A DNA stretch of 64,000 bases from an uncultured Nitrospira sp. (GTDB taxonomy: Bacteria > Nitrospirota > Nitrospiria > Nitrospirales > Nitrospiraceae): NCBI GenBank assembly GCA_902500825.1, contig CABVRX010000011.1, positions 38,409 through 102,408 of the forward strand. Direction: 5' to 3'. Under the pieces are notes generated by a model that made no database searches, was not told where the DNA came from, and was given only the letters and a program-made list of their open reading frames with translations. The position numbers and the translations under genes are program-made. This document shows, piece by piece, positions 47,220-57,403 of this stretch (positions are counted from its first letter, which is position 1; every line of letters starts with the position of its first letter).

Positions 47220-47962
47220 GATGATGATCGCCCCTGTTCCCGCGCAAACTTCAAGAAGACCTCTTCCAGATCGGCCTTCCCGAATCGGTCGATGATTTCC
47301 TGCGCTGTTCCCTCTGTCACGATGCGTCCGCGCTGAAGAAAAATGATGCGATCCGACATTTCTTCCATTTCGCGCATGTTATGGGACGTGTAGAGAATGC
47401 TAAGGCCTGACGATCGCCGCTCTTCTTTCAATAAGGACCTAATCTTGTCGGCGATATCGGGGTCCAAACTCGCCGTCGGTTCGTCAAGAAAGAGGATGCG
47501 CGGTTCGGTCAGAAACGCTTTCGCCAAGGTGAGTCTCGTCATTTGCCCCGATGAGAGTTTGCGGGTGATCTTGCTGCGGAACTCCTCCATCTCCAGCTTT
47601 TTGACGATGTCGTTTATGCGCCGAGTCATATCCGACATTCCGTAGAGACGCGCGACGACCCATAAATTTTCTTCGACCGTGAGCGACTGGGGCATGGAGA
47701 TATAGGTCGACGAAAAGTTGACCTGCTGCAGAATCTCTTCACGATGAGTCGCGAGATTCAGGCCGAACATGTGAATCGAGCCGGACGTCGGAGTCACGAG
47801 TCCCAAGAGCATCTGAATGGTGGTGGTCTTCCCGGCTCCGTTCGGCCCCAAGAGTCCCAGGATTTCTCCCGGTCTGATTTCAAAAGATACCCCATCGACT
47901 GCCGTAAAGTCGCCGAACCGCTTGGTCAGGCTCGACGCTTTCAAGACTGGAGTAGACATCAC
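47216..47962 (-). CDS. ABC transporter ATP-binding protein
   Basis: GPNGAGKTT, LSSGQ, LDEPT, TSH. Confidence 0.95.
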   Translation of the reverse strand: MMSTPVLKASSLTKRFGDFTAVDGVSFEIRPGEILGLLGPNGAGKTTTIQMLLGLVTPTSGSIHMFGLNLATHREEILQQVNFSSTYISMPQSLTVEENLWVVARLYGMSDMTRRINDIVKKLEMEEFRSKITRKLSSGQMTRLTLAKAFLTEPRILFLDEPTASLDPDIADKIRSLLKEERRSSGLSILYTSHNMREMEEMSDRIIFLQRGRIVTEGTAQEIIDRFGKADLEEVFLKFAREQGRSSS

Positions 47963-47987
47963 CCATCACGCTAACGGAGTCGGTCGA

Positions 47988-48698
47988 TTAGTTGAATAAC
48001 AAGGAACCGCTGATCTTCTCCGGAATATGACAGGTCTCGCATTTCCGATCCAACGTTTTCCCGCCATGCTGCACCTTCCCATCATGGCAACGAAAACAGT
48101 CACTGAGTGCCCTTGCGCGAAGGTAGGAGCCTTCCGGATGAGAAGGATACCAGGGTCGGCTGTCTGCCGATACATGTCCGCGTGGAATGACAATGGGATA
48201 ACCCTTGATGGGTTCATCATGCACGACGCCGGAATGACACGTCGTACAACCTTCCTCCTGTCCACGCGCCCTGAAAGCTTCCATATGTTGACGGTGGTTC
48301 ATGATCAACCCGACCTCTTTTACCGGCGACGGAAGATCGCGCGGCGCGGTCTCGGACACGCGAAGGATATGACGATGGCAACTGAGACAGACTCCGGAAT
48401 CCACCTTTGCCTTGAGATTGTGCGCATCGGTCGGCGTTCCAAACACATAGATTGCCGCATCTCTGGCTCCAGCCAAAACCTTGTCGAATAACCAGCCGTG
48501 AATACCGGGCCTCACATGACACGCAACGCAAGTCACCTCTTTATGGGAAGACTTGGTCCAGCTCTCGTACGCAGGAGCGATTGTGTGGCATCCAGCGCAG
48601 AATGTCGGGTGATCTGTAAACGGTATCGCAGTTCCCACCAGAGCCGTAGCTCCGATCACGAGGATCAGCAACAGTGTGGCATTAGATTTCCCGCTCAT
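47988..48698 (-). CDS. Hexaheme c-type cytochrome, NapC/NirT-like N-terminus
   Basis: Six CxxCH motifs (CAGCH, CVACH, CLSCH, CTTCH, CFRCH, CETCH) and an N-terminal TM. Confidence 0.9.
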   Translation of the reverse strand: MSGKSNATLLLILVIGATALVGTAIPFTDHPTFCAGCHTIAPAYESWTKSSHKEVTCVACHVRPGIHGWLFDKVLAGARDAAIYVFGTPTDAHNLKAKVDSGVCLSCHRHILRVSETAPRDLPSPVKEVGLIMNHRQHMEAFRARGQEEGCTTCHSGVVHDEPIKGYPIVIPRGHVSADSRPWYPSHPEGSYLRARALSDCFRCHDGKVQHGGKTLDRKCETCHIPEKISGSLLFN

Positions 48699-49206
48699 GC
48701 TCCCGTCGTCTGAGGGGAAACTGCTTGATCAAGAGGGCGGCGACGCCGGCGACATCGTCCAGGTGGAGCATAGGTACAGGCACAGGAAGATTGATCGGCT
48801 TGTCGGAGACCACCGCCAAAAGACCGTCCGAAGAGTACGCAATTTCACCGAGTTGATCGCGAACGATGATAATCTTCGGGTAACCTTCGCTTTTCCATCC
48901 CTCGGCGATGATGAGGTCGTAGGAGGCATCCAAGAAACGATCACGTACTTCTTCTACCTTCAGCTGTTCGGAGACATCGGCAAACAAGGCGAGGCTCCCC
49001 TTCGAGACCACCACCACACTCCCGGCACCGGCGCGTTTATGGCGCCAACTATCCTTCCCTTCCGTATCAAGATCAAATCCATGGCCGGCATGTTTCACCG
49101 TCGCCACGCGGTATCCCGCCTTGACCAACTCGGGGATGATGCGTTCGATCAAGGTCGTTTTACCGCTGTTCGACCGGCCGATAAACGAAACAATTGGAAT
49201 AGACAT
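48682..49206 (-). CDS. mobB: Molybdopterin-guanine dinucleotide biosynthesis protein B
   Basis: GRSNSGKTT, VATVKH, GKDSWRH, IIAEGWK. Confidence 0.93.
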   Translation of the reverse strand: MSIPIVSFIGRSNSGKTTLIERIIPELVKAGYRVATVKHAGHGFDLDTEGKDSWRHKRAGAGSVVVVSKGSLALFADVSEQLKVEEVRDRFLDASYDLIIAEGWKSEGYPKIIIVRDQLGEIAYSSDGLLAVVSDKPINLPVPVPMLHLDDVAGVAALLIKQFPLRRREHEREI

Positions 49207-49230
49207 GCAATGACCGTTCTGTATGTTGAT

Positions 49231-50529
49231 CTAGCAACAGGAGAGTCGATTGCCCCCGGAATGCCCCTGCTCGGTCGTAGCGAGCCATGCCTCGCCGCTC
49301 AATAATTGAACCGCCACCTCGTCACCGGGATTGAGCCGCTCAACTTCTACCGGCACATCGATGAGACAATTCGCCTTGACCATGGACGTGAGAATACCGG
49401 AGCCCTGGTCTCCGGTCGTTCGAACCCTGAACTCACCGTCTTCCCTCGTGAGAATGCCGCGCAGGAAATGCCGCCGATCGCCCCGCTTGGAAAAGCGTTC
49501 CTGGAAGATGGCCTGAACCACCGGACGTCCGTAGCTCCGGCACCCGCTCATTTTGAGTAATGCAGGCCGCACCAATTGCTCAAAGGTGACCATCGACGAG
49601 ACCGGATTGCCTGGGAGACCGAAGGCGAGCTTGCCCTGGATCTTCCCGAAGGCCAGCGGCTGACCGGGTCGAATGGCGAGTTTCCAAAAATTCATGTCGG
49701 CACCGAGCTCACGGAACACGGCTTTGGTGAAATCATAGTCACCCATCGAGACCCCACCGGACAACACCAATATGTCGGCATTCAACCCCTGCGAGATCTT
49801 CTCTTTGAGAGCCATCGGCGTATCGCGCGCGATGCCGAGCAATAATGGAATGCCTCCCGCTTCTCGCACAGCCGCGGCCATCCCATAGCTGTTCGAATTG
49901 ATGATCTTCTCCTCGCTGAACCGCTCGTCCAAGTCAGCCAACTCGTCACCGGTCGAAAGGATCGCCACCCGTGGCCGCTGATAGACACACACGAACGGCT
50001 TCGCAAGGATCGCCAACATCCCAACCTCGCCGGGACGAATTCTGGTCCCTTTCGCGATGATGCAGTCTCCTTTCTTGACGTCCTCGCCCTGCGGCCTCAC
50101 ATTGGCCCCTTTGGGTTCCGGCTTAAATACTCGGACCGAATCAGGCGTATGTTCCGTATCTTCGACCTTCAGAACGGTATCCGCCCCTTGAGGAATCGGG
50201 GCTCCCGTCATGATCCGGATGGCCTGACCGGAACCGACTGCTTTTGACGGCATCCTACCGGCGGGAACATTCTCAATGACTGAGAGGGTGACCGGCTTCT
50301 GAATGGCTTGCTCCTGTTTGATATCCTCCCATCTGACGGCAAACCCGTCCATGGCGGAGTTATCCCATGGCGGATTATCGCGCTCAGCGACAACGTCTTC
50401 TCTCAGGACACGACCCAAGACATCCAGAATCGAGATTTTTTCAGGACCCAGCACCGGAGCAACCTCGAGTACGACCCGCTGTGCCTCGTGGAGTTGGGTC
50501 AATCCGGTCAGAGCATCCGCAGCTTTCAC
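49231..50529 (-). CDS. moeA: Molybdopterin molybdotransferase
   Basis: SAMDGFA, IMTGAPIP, STGDEL, SGGVSMGDYD, GLPGNPVS. Confidence 0.95.
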   Translation of the reverse strand: MKAADALTGLTQLHEAQRVVLEVAPVLGPEKISILDVLGRVLREDVVAERDNPPWDNSAMDGFAVRWEDIKQEQAIQKPVTLSVIENVPAGRMPSKAVGSGQAIRIMTGAPIPQGADTVLKVEDTEHTPDSVRVFKPEPKGANVRPQGEDVKKGDCIIAKGTRIRPGEVGMLAILAKPFVCVYQRPRVAILSTGDELADLDERFSEEKIINSNSYGMAAAVREAGGIPLLLGIARDTPMALKEKISQGLNADILVLSGGVSMGDYDFTKAVFRELGADMNFWKLAIRPGQPLAFGKIQGKLAFGLPGNPVSSMVTFEQLVRPALLKMSGCRSYGRPVVQAIFQERFSKRGDRRHFLRGILTREDGEFRVRTTGDQGSGILTSMVKANCLIDVPVEVERLNPGDEVAVQLLSGEAWLATTEQGHSGGNRLSCC

Positions 50530-51497
50530 TGGCTGCCCCCCTTCAATAACCCCGCAGTCGTCCGTCCCACTTTCAGCAACGATGGACCTTTTTTACAGAA
50601 GGTTTCCACCTGATTGGCGATACGGTGGTATGCTTCCGCCGTCGGCGTATCTGAGTTGAACAGCGCAAACGGCTCACCGGCATCGGACTGGGTGACCACG
50701 TCCGGGTCGAGCGGAATGCTCCCCAAAAATGGAACTCCCATGTCGAGCGCGGAGGCTTCTCCACCGCCCTTCCGGAATACGTCAATATGAGTATGACAAT
50801 GCGGGCATTCGAGCCCGCTCATATTCTCCACGATCCCAATGATCGGCACCTCGCTGTCCTTACAAAACGTGACGGATTTTCTGGAATCAAGGAGTGCCAC
50901 TTCTTGGGGCGTGGTAATAATCACGGCGCCGCTGACATTGCCGAGCAAGTCAATCGTTGTGACCGACTCGTTCCCGGTCCCCGGCGGGAGATCGATCAGG
51001 AGAAAATTCAAATCCTGCCAATCGACACCCCCGAGGAGTTGATTGATGAATTCGTACTTGTAGGCGTCACGCCAGATAATTGGATCATCCGAGTTCTGCA
51101 GCAAAAACGACATCGAGGCGATCTTCAAATTATAGGCTTGGAAGGGAATAATCCCGCCTGAGGTGCTGATCTTGAGCTTCTGGCCTTCTGCGCCGACCAT
51201 TTTGGGAATGTTGGGGCCGTGAATATCCATGTCACAGATGCCGACATGCCATCCTTTGAGGGCGAGGCTCACCGCAATGTTGGTCGTGCACGTGCTTTTC
51301 CCCACCCCGCCTTTGTTGCTCATAATGAGCACTTTGTGCTCGATACGCTCCATCCGCTTGGCGACCAGCCATCGGCTATGACCTTCCTTATCCTTTTGAC
51401 ACCGTTCGTTTTCGTCGCAGATAGCGCACGCCCACATATAGGTGCAGGCATCTCCGTCTCCGCTTCCGGTATTGATAACGTTAAGTTCACGTGCCAT
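50526..51497 (-). CDS. Mrp/NBP35 Fe-S cluster carrier ATPase
   Basis: KGGVGKST, DMDIHGPN, DLPPGTG, VENMS...CPHC, and an N-terminal Cys4. Confidence 0.93.
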   Translation of the reverse strand: MARELNVINTGSGDGDACTYMWACAICDENERCQKDKEGHSRWLVAKRMERIEHKVLIMSNKGGVGKSTCTTNIAVSLALKGWHVGICDMDIHGPNIPKMVGAEGQKLKISTSGGIIPFQAYNLKIASMSFLLQNSDDPIIWRDAYKYEFINQLLGGVDWQDLNFLLIDLPPGTGNESVTTIDLLGNVSGAVIITTPQEVALLDSRKSVTFCKDSEVPIIGIVENMSGLECPHCHTHIDVFRKGGGEASALDMGVPFLGSIPLDPDVVTQSDAGEPFALFNSDTPTAEAYHRIANQVETFCKKGPSLLKVGRTTAGLLKGGSQ

Positions 51498-51540
51498 GGG
51501 ATTTCTTTTCTGCGACCAGTACTATCGATCGCTCTTGTCG

Positions 51541-52482
51541 TTAGTGGTGCCGTCCCCCGGGAACTCCTACATAGTCATCGCCCGACGATTTCGGCATCGA
51601 CATGCCTGCCGCAGTCCCCCCAGCCCCTACTCCGGCCATAGCCACTGTCGGAATACCCGATTGATGGCTTTCGGCAGGTGCTTTTTTACCGAAACACTTT
51701 GCGCCGAAGATGCCGACCCAATAGAGAAGAAACATGGGTCCGGCCATAAGGATCTGATTAAACGGGTCGGGCGTGGGAGTCAGAATCGCGGCGATGACAA
51801 ACGATCCCAACAACGCCCACTTCCAGTACTGAATCAGGAACGGCGCATCGACCCAGCCCAACTTGGCCATGAGGGTGATGGCCAACGGCACCTCAAAGAT
51901 CAGTCCAAAGACCATCAGGAACCACAGGGCAAACCCGACGTACTGGGCGATCGAGATCTGCGGCACGAATCCGGCGTTGATTCCATACGAAATCAAAAAA
52001 TTCAAGGCGAACGGAAGCACGAAGAAAAATGAGAACCCGGCCCCGGCGTAGAACGCCAGCGCGCTCACGCTGACAAACGGCCCGACAAACCGTCGCTCCT
52101 GTGCGTGAAGTCCCGGAACGACGAACCTCCAGACCTCGAACAAAAGATAGGGCATGGCAAGCACAATGGCGAACAGTCCCGCGACCTTGACGTTCTGCCA
52201 GAGGGCCTCCGCCGGCGCCAGGAATACAAACGGCACCGTCGGCAAATCGGTCGGTTCCCAGGTGAGTTTGCTCGGCACAAACATATTCTGAAGCGGAACC
52301 CGCAGCCACTTAACCAGCGCATCGGCATAAAAAAACGTTCCTGTGAAGACGACCGCTAGGCCGATCACCGCACGGGTGAGCCGCACCTGGAACTCCACGA
52401 GGTGCTCCATCACCGGCATCTTCTTGTCTTCCAGCGGCTTGAAGACAGAATCTTGCAGCCACCGGTTCAGCTTGTTCAGCAC
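51541..52482 (-). CDS. tatC: Twin-arginine translocase TatC
   Basis: MPVMEHLVEFQVRL, APAEA, FVVPGL...ER, FEVP, LTPTPDP. Confidence 0.93.
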   Translation of the reverse strand: MLNKLNRWLQDSVFKPLEDKKMPVMEHLVEFQVRLTRAVIGLAVVFTGTFFYADALVKWLRVPLQNMFVPSKLTWEPTDLPTVPFVFLAPAEALWQNVKVAGLFAIVLAMPYLLFEVWRFVVPGLHAQERRFVGPFVSVSALAFYAGAGFSFFFVLPFALNFLISYGINAGFVPQISIAQYVGFALWFLMVFGLIFEVPLAITLMAKLGWVDAPFLIQYWKWALLGSFVIAAILTPTPDPFNQILMAGPMFLLYWVGIFGAKCFGKKAPAESHQSGIPTVAMAGVGAGGTAAGMSMPKSSGDDYVGVPGGRHH

Positions 52483-52580
52483 ATAGCCTCGTACGTTTCG
52501 GGATCTGTCGATCCGACGATCCGATGACCGGGCTTCCCACAATCAACGGATCGACAGATCACCAGATGCGCCTGTGCTTT

Positions 52581-54086
52581 TTACTTCGGATTAATCGCTA
52601 CAAACAGGCTGTTCCCTTGTCGATTGACCAACAGCACGGCGAGTTCGTCTTTCTTGATCTTTTCGGCGGCCTTTTGATAATCGCTGAGCGTCTTGATCGA
52701 CTCATGATTAACTTCCTGAATCACGTCGCCACGCTGGAGGCCGGCTGCCTCTGCCGGTCCGCCAGACTCCACAGACGTGATGACCACGCCGGACGTCTTC
52801 GCGGAAATATTCAACTGGCTCATCAACGCATTATCCAGCGTCTGGACACGCAAGGACGCAAGCACATTGTCCGGAAGCTTCATCGTTTCGCCTGCGTCCT
52901 TCGGCGGGGCCGGTTCTTTCTTGGCCAGCATTTCATCCGATGGGCGTTCGGCCACTTTCACGACGATCAGCTGCTCCTTGCCTTCGCGCAAGACTTTGAC
53001 CTGCGCGTCTTTCCCAACCACCGTCCTGGCGACGAGATTGCGCAGCTGGCTGACGCTTTGAACGTCCTTGCCGTTAAATGCCACGACGACATCGCCTCGC
53101 TTCACGCCGGCCGCATGGGAAGGGCCGTTTTCATTGACATCGCTGATCAACACGCCCTTCCGCTGTTCCGGGAGCTTGAACGATTTCGCCAAGGCCGGCG
53201 TAATTTCCTGGATGGCGACGCCCATCCATCCGCGCACGACCCTGCCCGTTTTCTGCAGACTGTCCACGATATCGACGGCGATGCTGCTGGGAATCGCGAA
53301 TCCGATCCCTTCCGATCCGCCGGTTCGCGAGAAGATCGCGGTATTGATGCCGATGAGATCTCCATTCATGTTGACAAGCGCGCCGCCAGAGTTTCCAGGA
53401 TTGATCGCCGCATCGGTCTGAATGAAATCTTCATAGTCCGCAATCCCGACATTCCCGCGCCCAAGGGCGCTGATGATGCCGAGCGTGACGGTGGAGCTCA
53501 GGCCGAACGGGCTTCCAACCGCCAGCACAAGATCTCCCACCTGTAAATTTTCGTACTCGGCCCATTTCATCGACGGTAGATCCTTGGCGTCGATCTTGAT
53601 GACCGCCAAATCCGTCTTCGGATCCGTGCCCACCACCTTCGCCGAAAACTCGCGCCGATCGCTGAGGGTCACCGTAATCTGAGTGGCTCCTTCAACGACG
53701 TGATTATTGGTCACGATGAACCCGTTGGCATCCAAGATGACTCCGGAACCCGCGCTCTGATCCGGGCGATGCGGCATGGGTGGACCATGCGGAATCGGTG
53801 GTGGAGTCGGCCCTTCTCCTCCTCCAGGTTCGTCTCCAGGGGGCGGGGTCCCGAATGGACTCGGAGGAGCCCCTCCTCGCCTCCGGCTCCCTTCTCCTCC
53901 ACCCGTCACCGCGATATTCACAACGGCCGGAGTGGTCATTTTCACAATGTCCGAAAAGCCTTGAGCCCATGCTGGAGGGACCCCTGCGGCTGACACAGAT
54001 GACACGCACCCACTGCCGGCTAACGCCCACACAATCAGTGCGCTGCCGAGAAACACCTTGGTCGCTTGCTGACTCCACTTTGCCAT
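52581..54086 (-). CDS. DegP/HtrA (Do family) serine protease with two PDZ domains
   Basis: [26 protein letters not shown], with a GGAGG RBS. Confidence 0.95.
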   Translation of the reverse strand: MAKWSQQATKVFLGSALIVWALAGSGCVSSVSAAGVPPAWAQGFSDIVKMTTPAVVNIAVTGGGEGSRRRGGAPPSPFGTPPPGDEPGGGEGPTPPPIPHGPPMPHRPDQSAGSGVILDANGFIVTNNHVVEGATQITVTLSDRREFSAKVVGTDPKTDLAVIKIDAKDLPSMKWAEYENLQVGDLVLAVGSPFGLSSTVTLGIISALGRGNVGIADYEDFIQTDAAINPGNSGGALVNMNGDLIGINTAIFSRTGGSEGIGFAIPSSIAVDIVDSLQKTGRVVRGWMGVAIQEITPALAKSFKLPEQRKGVLISDVNENGPSHAAGVKRGDVVVAFNGKDVQSVSQLRNLVARTVVGKDAQVKVLREGKEQLIVVKVAERPSDEMLAKKEPAPPKDAGETMKLPDNVLASLRVQTLDNALMSQLNISAKTSGVVITSVESGGPAEAAGLQRGDVIQEVNHESIKTLSDYQKAAEKIKKDELAVLLVNRQGNSLFVAINPK

Positions 54087-54227
54087 AACTGAATTCCTCC
54101 AGGATGTGACTCTCATCGAGAGTACTATTGGAAATGAGCATCTCCACGGATCGAACACATCATATTACACCACTCTTTCGACAAGCTTCAAAGAGGAAAA
54201 GTCCTCAACGATCACGCTGTCGGACGG

Positions 54228-56132
54228 TTGCTTTCACCTCAACGTTTCCAGTACGGTGGCGGACGCTCCGGTGTTGTGACGATAGGCGAGGCATTGATCC
54301 ATAGAAAACAGGTCAATTGTAGGGGACTTTCGGTAGGGGCATGGATCGGATGTGCGCTCCTCTTTCTTGCCGCTTGCGTCAAACCTCTGGAATTTCCTCC
54401 GCTGGGAGATCCGTTACCCGCCAGTGCCAAGCTTGAAATTCCCCCATCGATCAAAGAACTGACGATTCGCTACAGCGATTCCTGTGGCCGACTCCAGGAA
54501 ATTCCGCTGGGAGATCGAGTCCAGGAGGCCGTACGGGAAGGCATTCACCGAACGTTCAAGACGACGTTTGACGAAAGCGCCAGCGAGGCCTCCGCGCCTG
54601 ACTATATCGTGCAGGTGGATCTTGTCGATTCGTCGTTCACCATCAATAAGGAGGCCTTATACGACCGGGCCCCTGCCGTCTTACACCTCAACGCCATCGC
54701 TCGTATCCACGACCGAAGGGGAGCGTTGCTCCGTCAGACAGACATCAAGATTGCCCGCCAGGAACGGTTGCGGCTCGAACAGCTCTCAAAGAACTGCGAC
54801 TATATGATCGAACCCTTTATCCGCGACACCGTCATCGATTTTGCGACACGTGTCTCCCTGAATGCCAGACTCGCTGCCGGTGGACAGGAGGAACTGACTG
54901 CTTCGCTGGAGCAGAACCAGACGCCGGTCGGAAATGTGGGAACGTCTTCGGCTTCAACCTCGTCGGTTCTTCGATTCAAAGCGATGCTCCTCGACGAGAA
55001 CAGTAATCTGATTTTTGAAGGCGGCGAACATGTGCGGATTCGTGTGGATGTGGTCAATGCGGGAACGCGCTCCGTTGAGAATGTGTCAGCTTCTCTCACC
55101 GGAACCCAGTCGATTATCGAGCAATTTCCTGCAGCGGCGCTGCCGATCCAGTCACTCCAAGCGGGCCAGACGAAATCCCTTGAATTCATCGCCACCCTCC
55201 CCCCGACCAAACAGACCCAACAAGCTACGATCCATGTCACAGTCTCCGAATCAGGAAGAGTCGCGTCGCCGCCACAAACCCTTTCGTTGACCATTCAGCC
55301 GGCCGGTGCCGGCACGGACGACGTGAACCAAATTCCCGCGCCGGCATTGGGCTTTCACCGGCCGCAGACCTACCTTGTCTCGATCGGGGTCGGCGCCTAT
55401 CGCGATCCCAAACTTGCACCACGCCGCCACGCCGCAACGGATGCGGAGACCGTCGCCGCCTATTTTCAATCGCTCGGCGGCATCCCCTCGTCGAATATCC
55501 GGCTGTTGCAAAACCAGAAAGCGCTCCGTGCTGATCTCAACGAGACATTGTTCGGCTGGCTCCCATTGCATGCGGTTAAGGATACCGTCATGGTCGTCTA
55601 TTTTTCAGGACAGGCAATGGTGACGCCGACCGGCGATATCTTGCTAACTCTTTATGACGGGAGTGCGGCAGACTCGACCCGACTCTATCCGCTCGCTGAT
55701 CTTGAGTCAGCCTTCGCCAGGCTCAAAGCCAAACAGATCATCTTCTTGTTCGACGGCATGGTGTCCAGACTTCACGGCGATACCAAGGTGAAGACCGCTT
55801 CACCCCGCTGGGAATTCGGGAGAGGAAATACGCTCGGACTGATCGGAGGCGAAGACTTGACGAAGGGACTGGAAGACGACCAGCACCGCCACGGCCTGTT
55901 TACCTACTATCTGTTGAAAGGACTCCGAGGAGAGGCCGATACCAATCGGAACGGAATGGTCACATTCGGAGAACTCGCCGGCTATGTGCGCCAAAAAGTC
56001 GCCTGGGCAGCGAAGACTCAGTTCAACCAGGAACAACGGCCCTTGCTGATTCCGCCACTCAAGCCGGACGACACAGCCGCCTCACTCGTTCTGACCGTGC
56101 TTCCTTCACTCACTTCTTCCCAAACGCCTTAA
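54228..56132 (+). CDS. Lipoprotein with Ig-like domain and C-terminal caspase-like (C14) domain lacking the catalytic dyad
   Basis: Lipobox LAAC, LVSIGVGAY, YFSGQA, FDGM, HGLFTYYLLKGLRGEAD, FGEL..YV, EQRP. Start uncertain. Confidence 0.8.
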   Translation: MLSPQRFQYGGGRSGVVTIGEALIHRKQVNCRGLSVGAWIGCALLFLAACVKPLEFPPLGDPLPASAKLEIPPSIKELTIRYSDSCGRLQEIPLGDRVQEAVREGIHRTFKTTFDESASEASAPDYIVQVDLVDSSFTINKEALYDRAPAVLHLNAIARIHDRRGALLRQTDIKIARQERLRLEQLSKNCDYMIEPFIRDTVIDFATRVSLNARLAAGGQEELTASLEQNQTPVGNVGTSSASTSSVLRFKAMLLDENSNLIFEGGEHVRIRVDVVNAGTRSVENVSASLTGTQSIIEQFPAAALPIQSLQAGQTKSLEFIATLPPTKQTQQATIHVTVSESGRVASPPQTLSLTIQPAGAGTDDVNQIPAPALGFHRPQTYLVSIGVGAYRDPKLAPRRHAATDAETVAAYFQSLGGIPSSNIRLLQNQKALRADLNETLFGWLPLHAVKDTVMVVYFSGQAMVTPTGDILLTLYDGSAADSTRLYPLADLESAFARLKAKQIIFLFDGMVSRLHGDTKVKTASPRWEFGRGNTLGLIGGEDLTKGLEDDQHRHGLFTYYLLKGLRGEADTNRNGMVTFGELAGYVRQKVAWAAKTQFNQEQRPLLIPPLKPDDTAASLVLTVLPSLTSSQTP

Positions 56133-56353
56133 TCCTCTTTCCAATAAGGCTATACGCAGACCCGTGGGATCATGTTTACAGTGGACTACCGCCATGCTCC
56201 GCCGTCTATCCAGACTTGCGACACCTTGACAAAAGCTGACAAGAAACAGATATTGCGCACATTTTTAACAGGGAAGCTCGGAAATGGAATGAGATATACC
56301 GCGAACTAATCAGGTATCCCTCAGCAGTTCACTAATAGCTCTGCGCCAACGCC

Positions 56354-56680
56354 ATGCGCCGAGGAAGAAACAGGACGGTGACATATCGGCTTAGGTTTCC
56401 GTTCCGTTCAACACACGAGAGTACCAACTCCGCTTATCCCATCGCCCTTCAGTCTTCAGGAATTCAGGCATCCCTGCAGCCACACTTGCCATACGTGGTC
56501 CTGAACCTAGAGGGTTTCGAGTCTACATCAGCCGCTGCGGAAGCACTCCCATTCGCGTGGAGCTCTGTAATGCTCGCATCAGTCCTTTCGAGCTGGGGCT
56601 TCCAAACCGAGACTACTTTAGACAAGGTGACATACGCGGAGGACCCGGATCTTGAATCGTGCATGGCGCAGGAATACTGA
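56354..56680 (+). pseudogene. Probable N-terminal fragment of a longer unknown protein
   Basis: Protein-like sequence up to DKVTYAEDP, then an abrupt end in a junction-like region. Confidence 0.35.
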
Positions 56681-56798
56681 TTCAGTTTTGCCAGCTGACA
56701 CTCAGCAGACACCAGGTCCTTCAGCTCCGCGTCCTTAGCACCCCTCCTTCCATCTTTTCCCGTTGGCGGATACCACATGACTTTGGGACGATGGCCTC

Positions 56799-57029
56799 GT
56801 GCGTTTCGAGTTGCTCGGCCCGATCACGCAGATTGAACCGTTCGCGGTTGGGTCTCGAATCCGTGAGCTCCCCAGGCTGCGAAAGTTCTATGGCAGTGGA
56901 CGTTGGCGCAAGCGGAAAGGCATTGCCAAGGTTCGCCTTTCCGATGGCTCCATCCATCTCACAGAAATTCCCTGGTATGAGGCCACGGGGATAGGCCGGA
57001 AGGAATACAAGATCAAGCGACTACTCTGA
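56799..57029 (+). CDS. Small basic protein, putative toxin of a two-gene module
   Basis: IRELPRLRKFYGSGRWRKRKG...WYEATGIG. Recalled as a widespread family that pairs with the downstream gene. Confidence 0.7.
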   Translation: MRFELLGPITQIEPFAVGSRIRELPRLRKFYGSGRWRKRKGIAKVRLSDGSIHLTEIPWYEATGIGRKEYKIKRLL

Positions 57030-57039
57030 GGACGCCATT

Positions 57040-57276
57040 ATGCCAAAGACCAAGCTTGTTATTTCACGGTTGTTGATTTGCGTCGAGAATAAGGGATACA
57101 AGGCCTCTCTTGAAAAACGCAAGGTCTATGTCTCCATTCCGTAGGCTGGAGCCCTCAAGCACGGCCACGTTCGCGCAGTCGATGAGTCTGGAGAAGACTA
57201 CCTCTATCCCAAGAGCATTTTCTTACCCATCACAGTTTCCGCTTCGCTTCGGAAGGCGATCTTAAAAGCTACGTAA
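57040..57276 (+). pseudogene. Partner (putative antitoxin) with in-frame TAG
   Basis: ICVENKGYKASLEKRKVY-SIP*-AGALKHG..VDESGEDYLYP, with TAG at 57142-57144. Confidence 0.75.
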
Positions 57277-57403
57277 GAATTGAGGAACAGGCGTCGCTTC
57301 CCCAGCAGCCACCCTGGCTCAAGTGACTCCTCCTACAGTGTCCGTGCGGCCCACCGTGCTGAAACCTAGACTCCTTCATTCGTACCCTGTCGTCGCTCGC
57401 GAC

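Noticed and set aside
15301-47962. Single RiPP cluster (TldD/E + HExxH + 2OG oxygenase + ABC)
   Set aside because: The genes are spread over 30 kb in different operons, no precursor was found, and tldD/pmbA are housekeeping.
57142-57144. Pyrrolysine or amber readthrough
   Set aside because: No pyl genes in the window, and nonsense decay is simpler.
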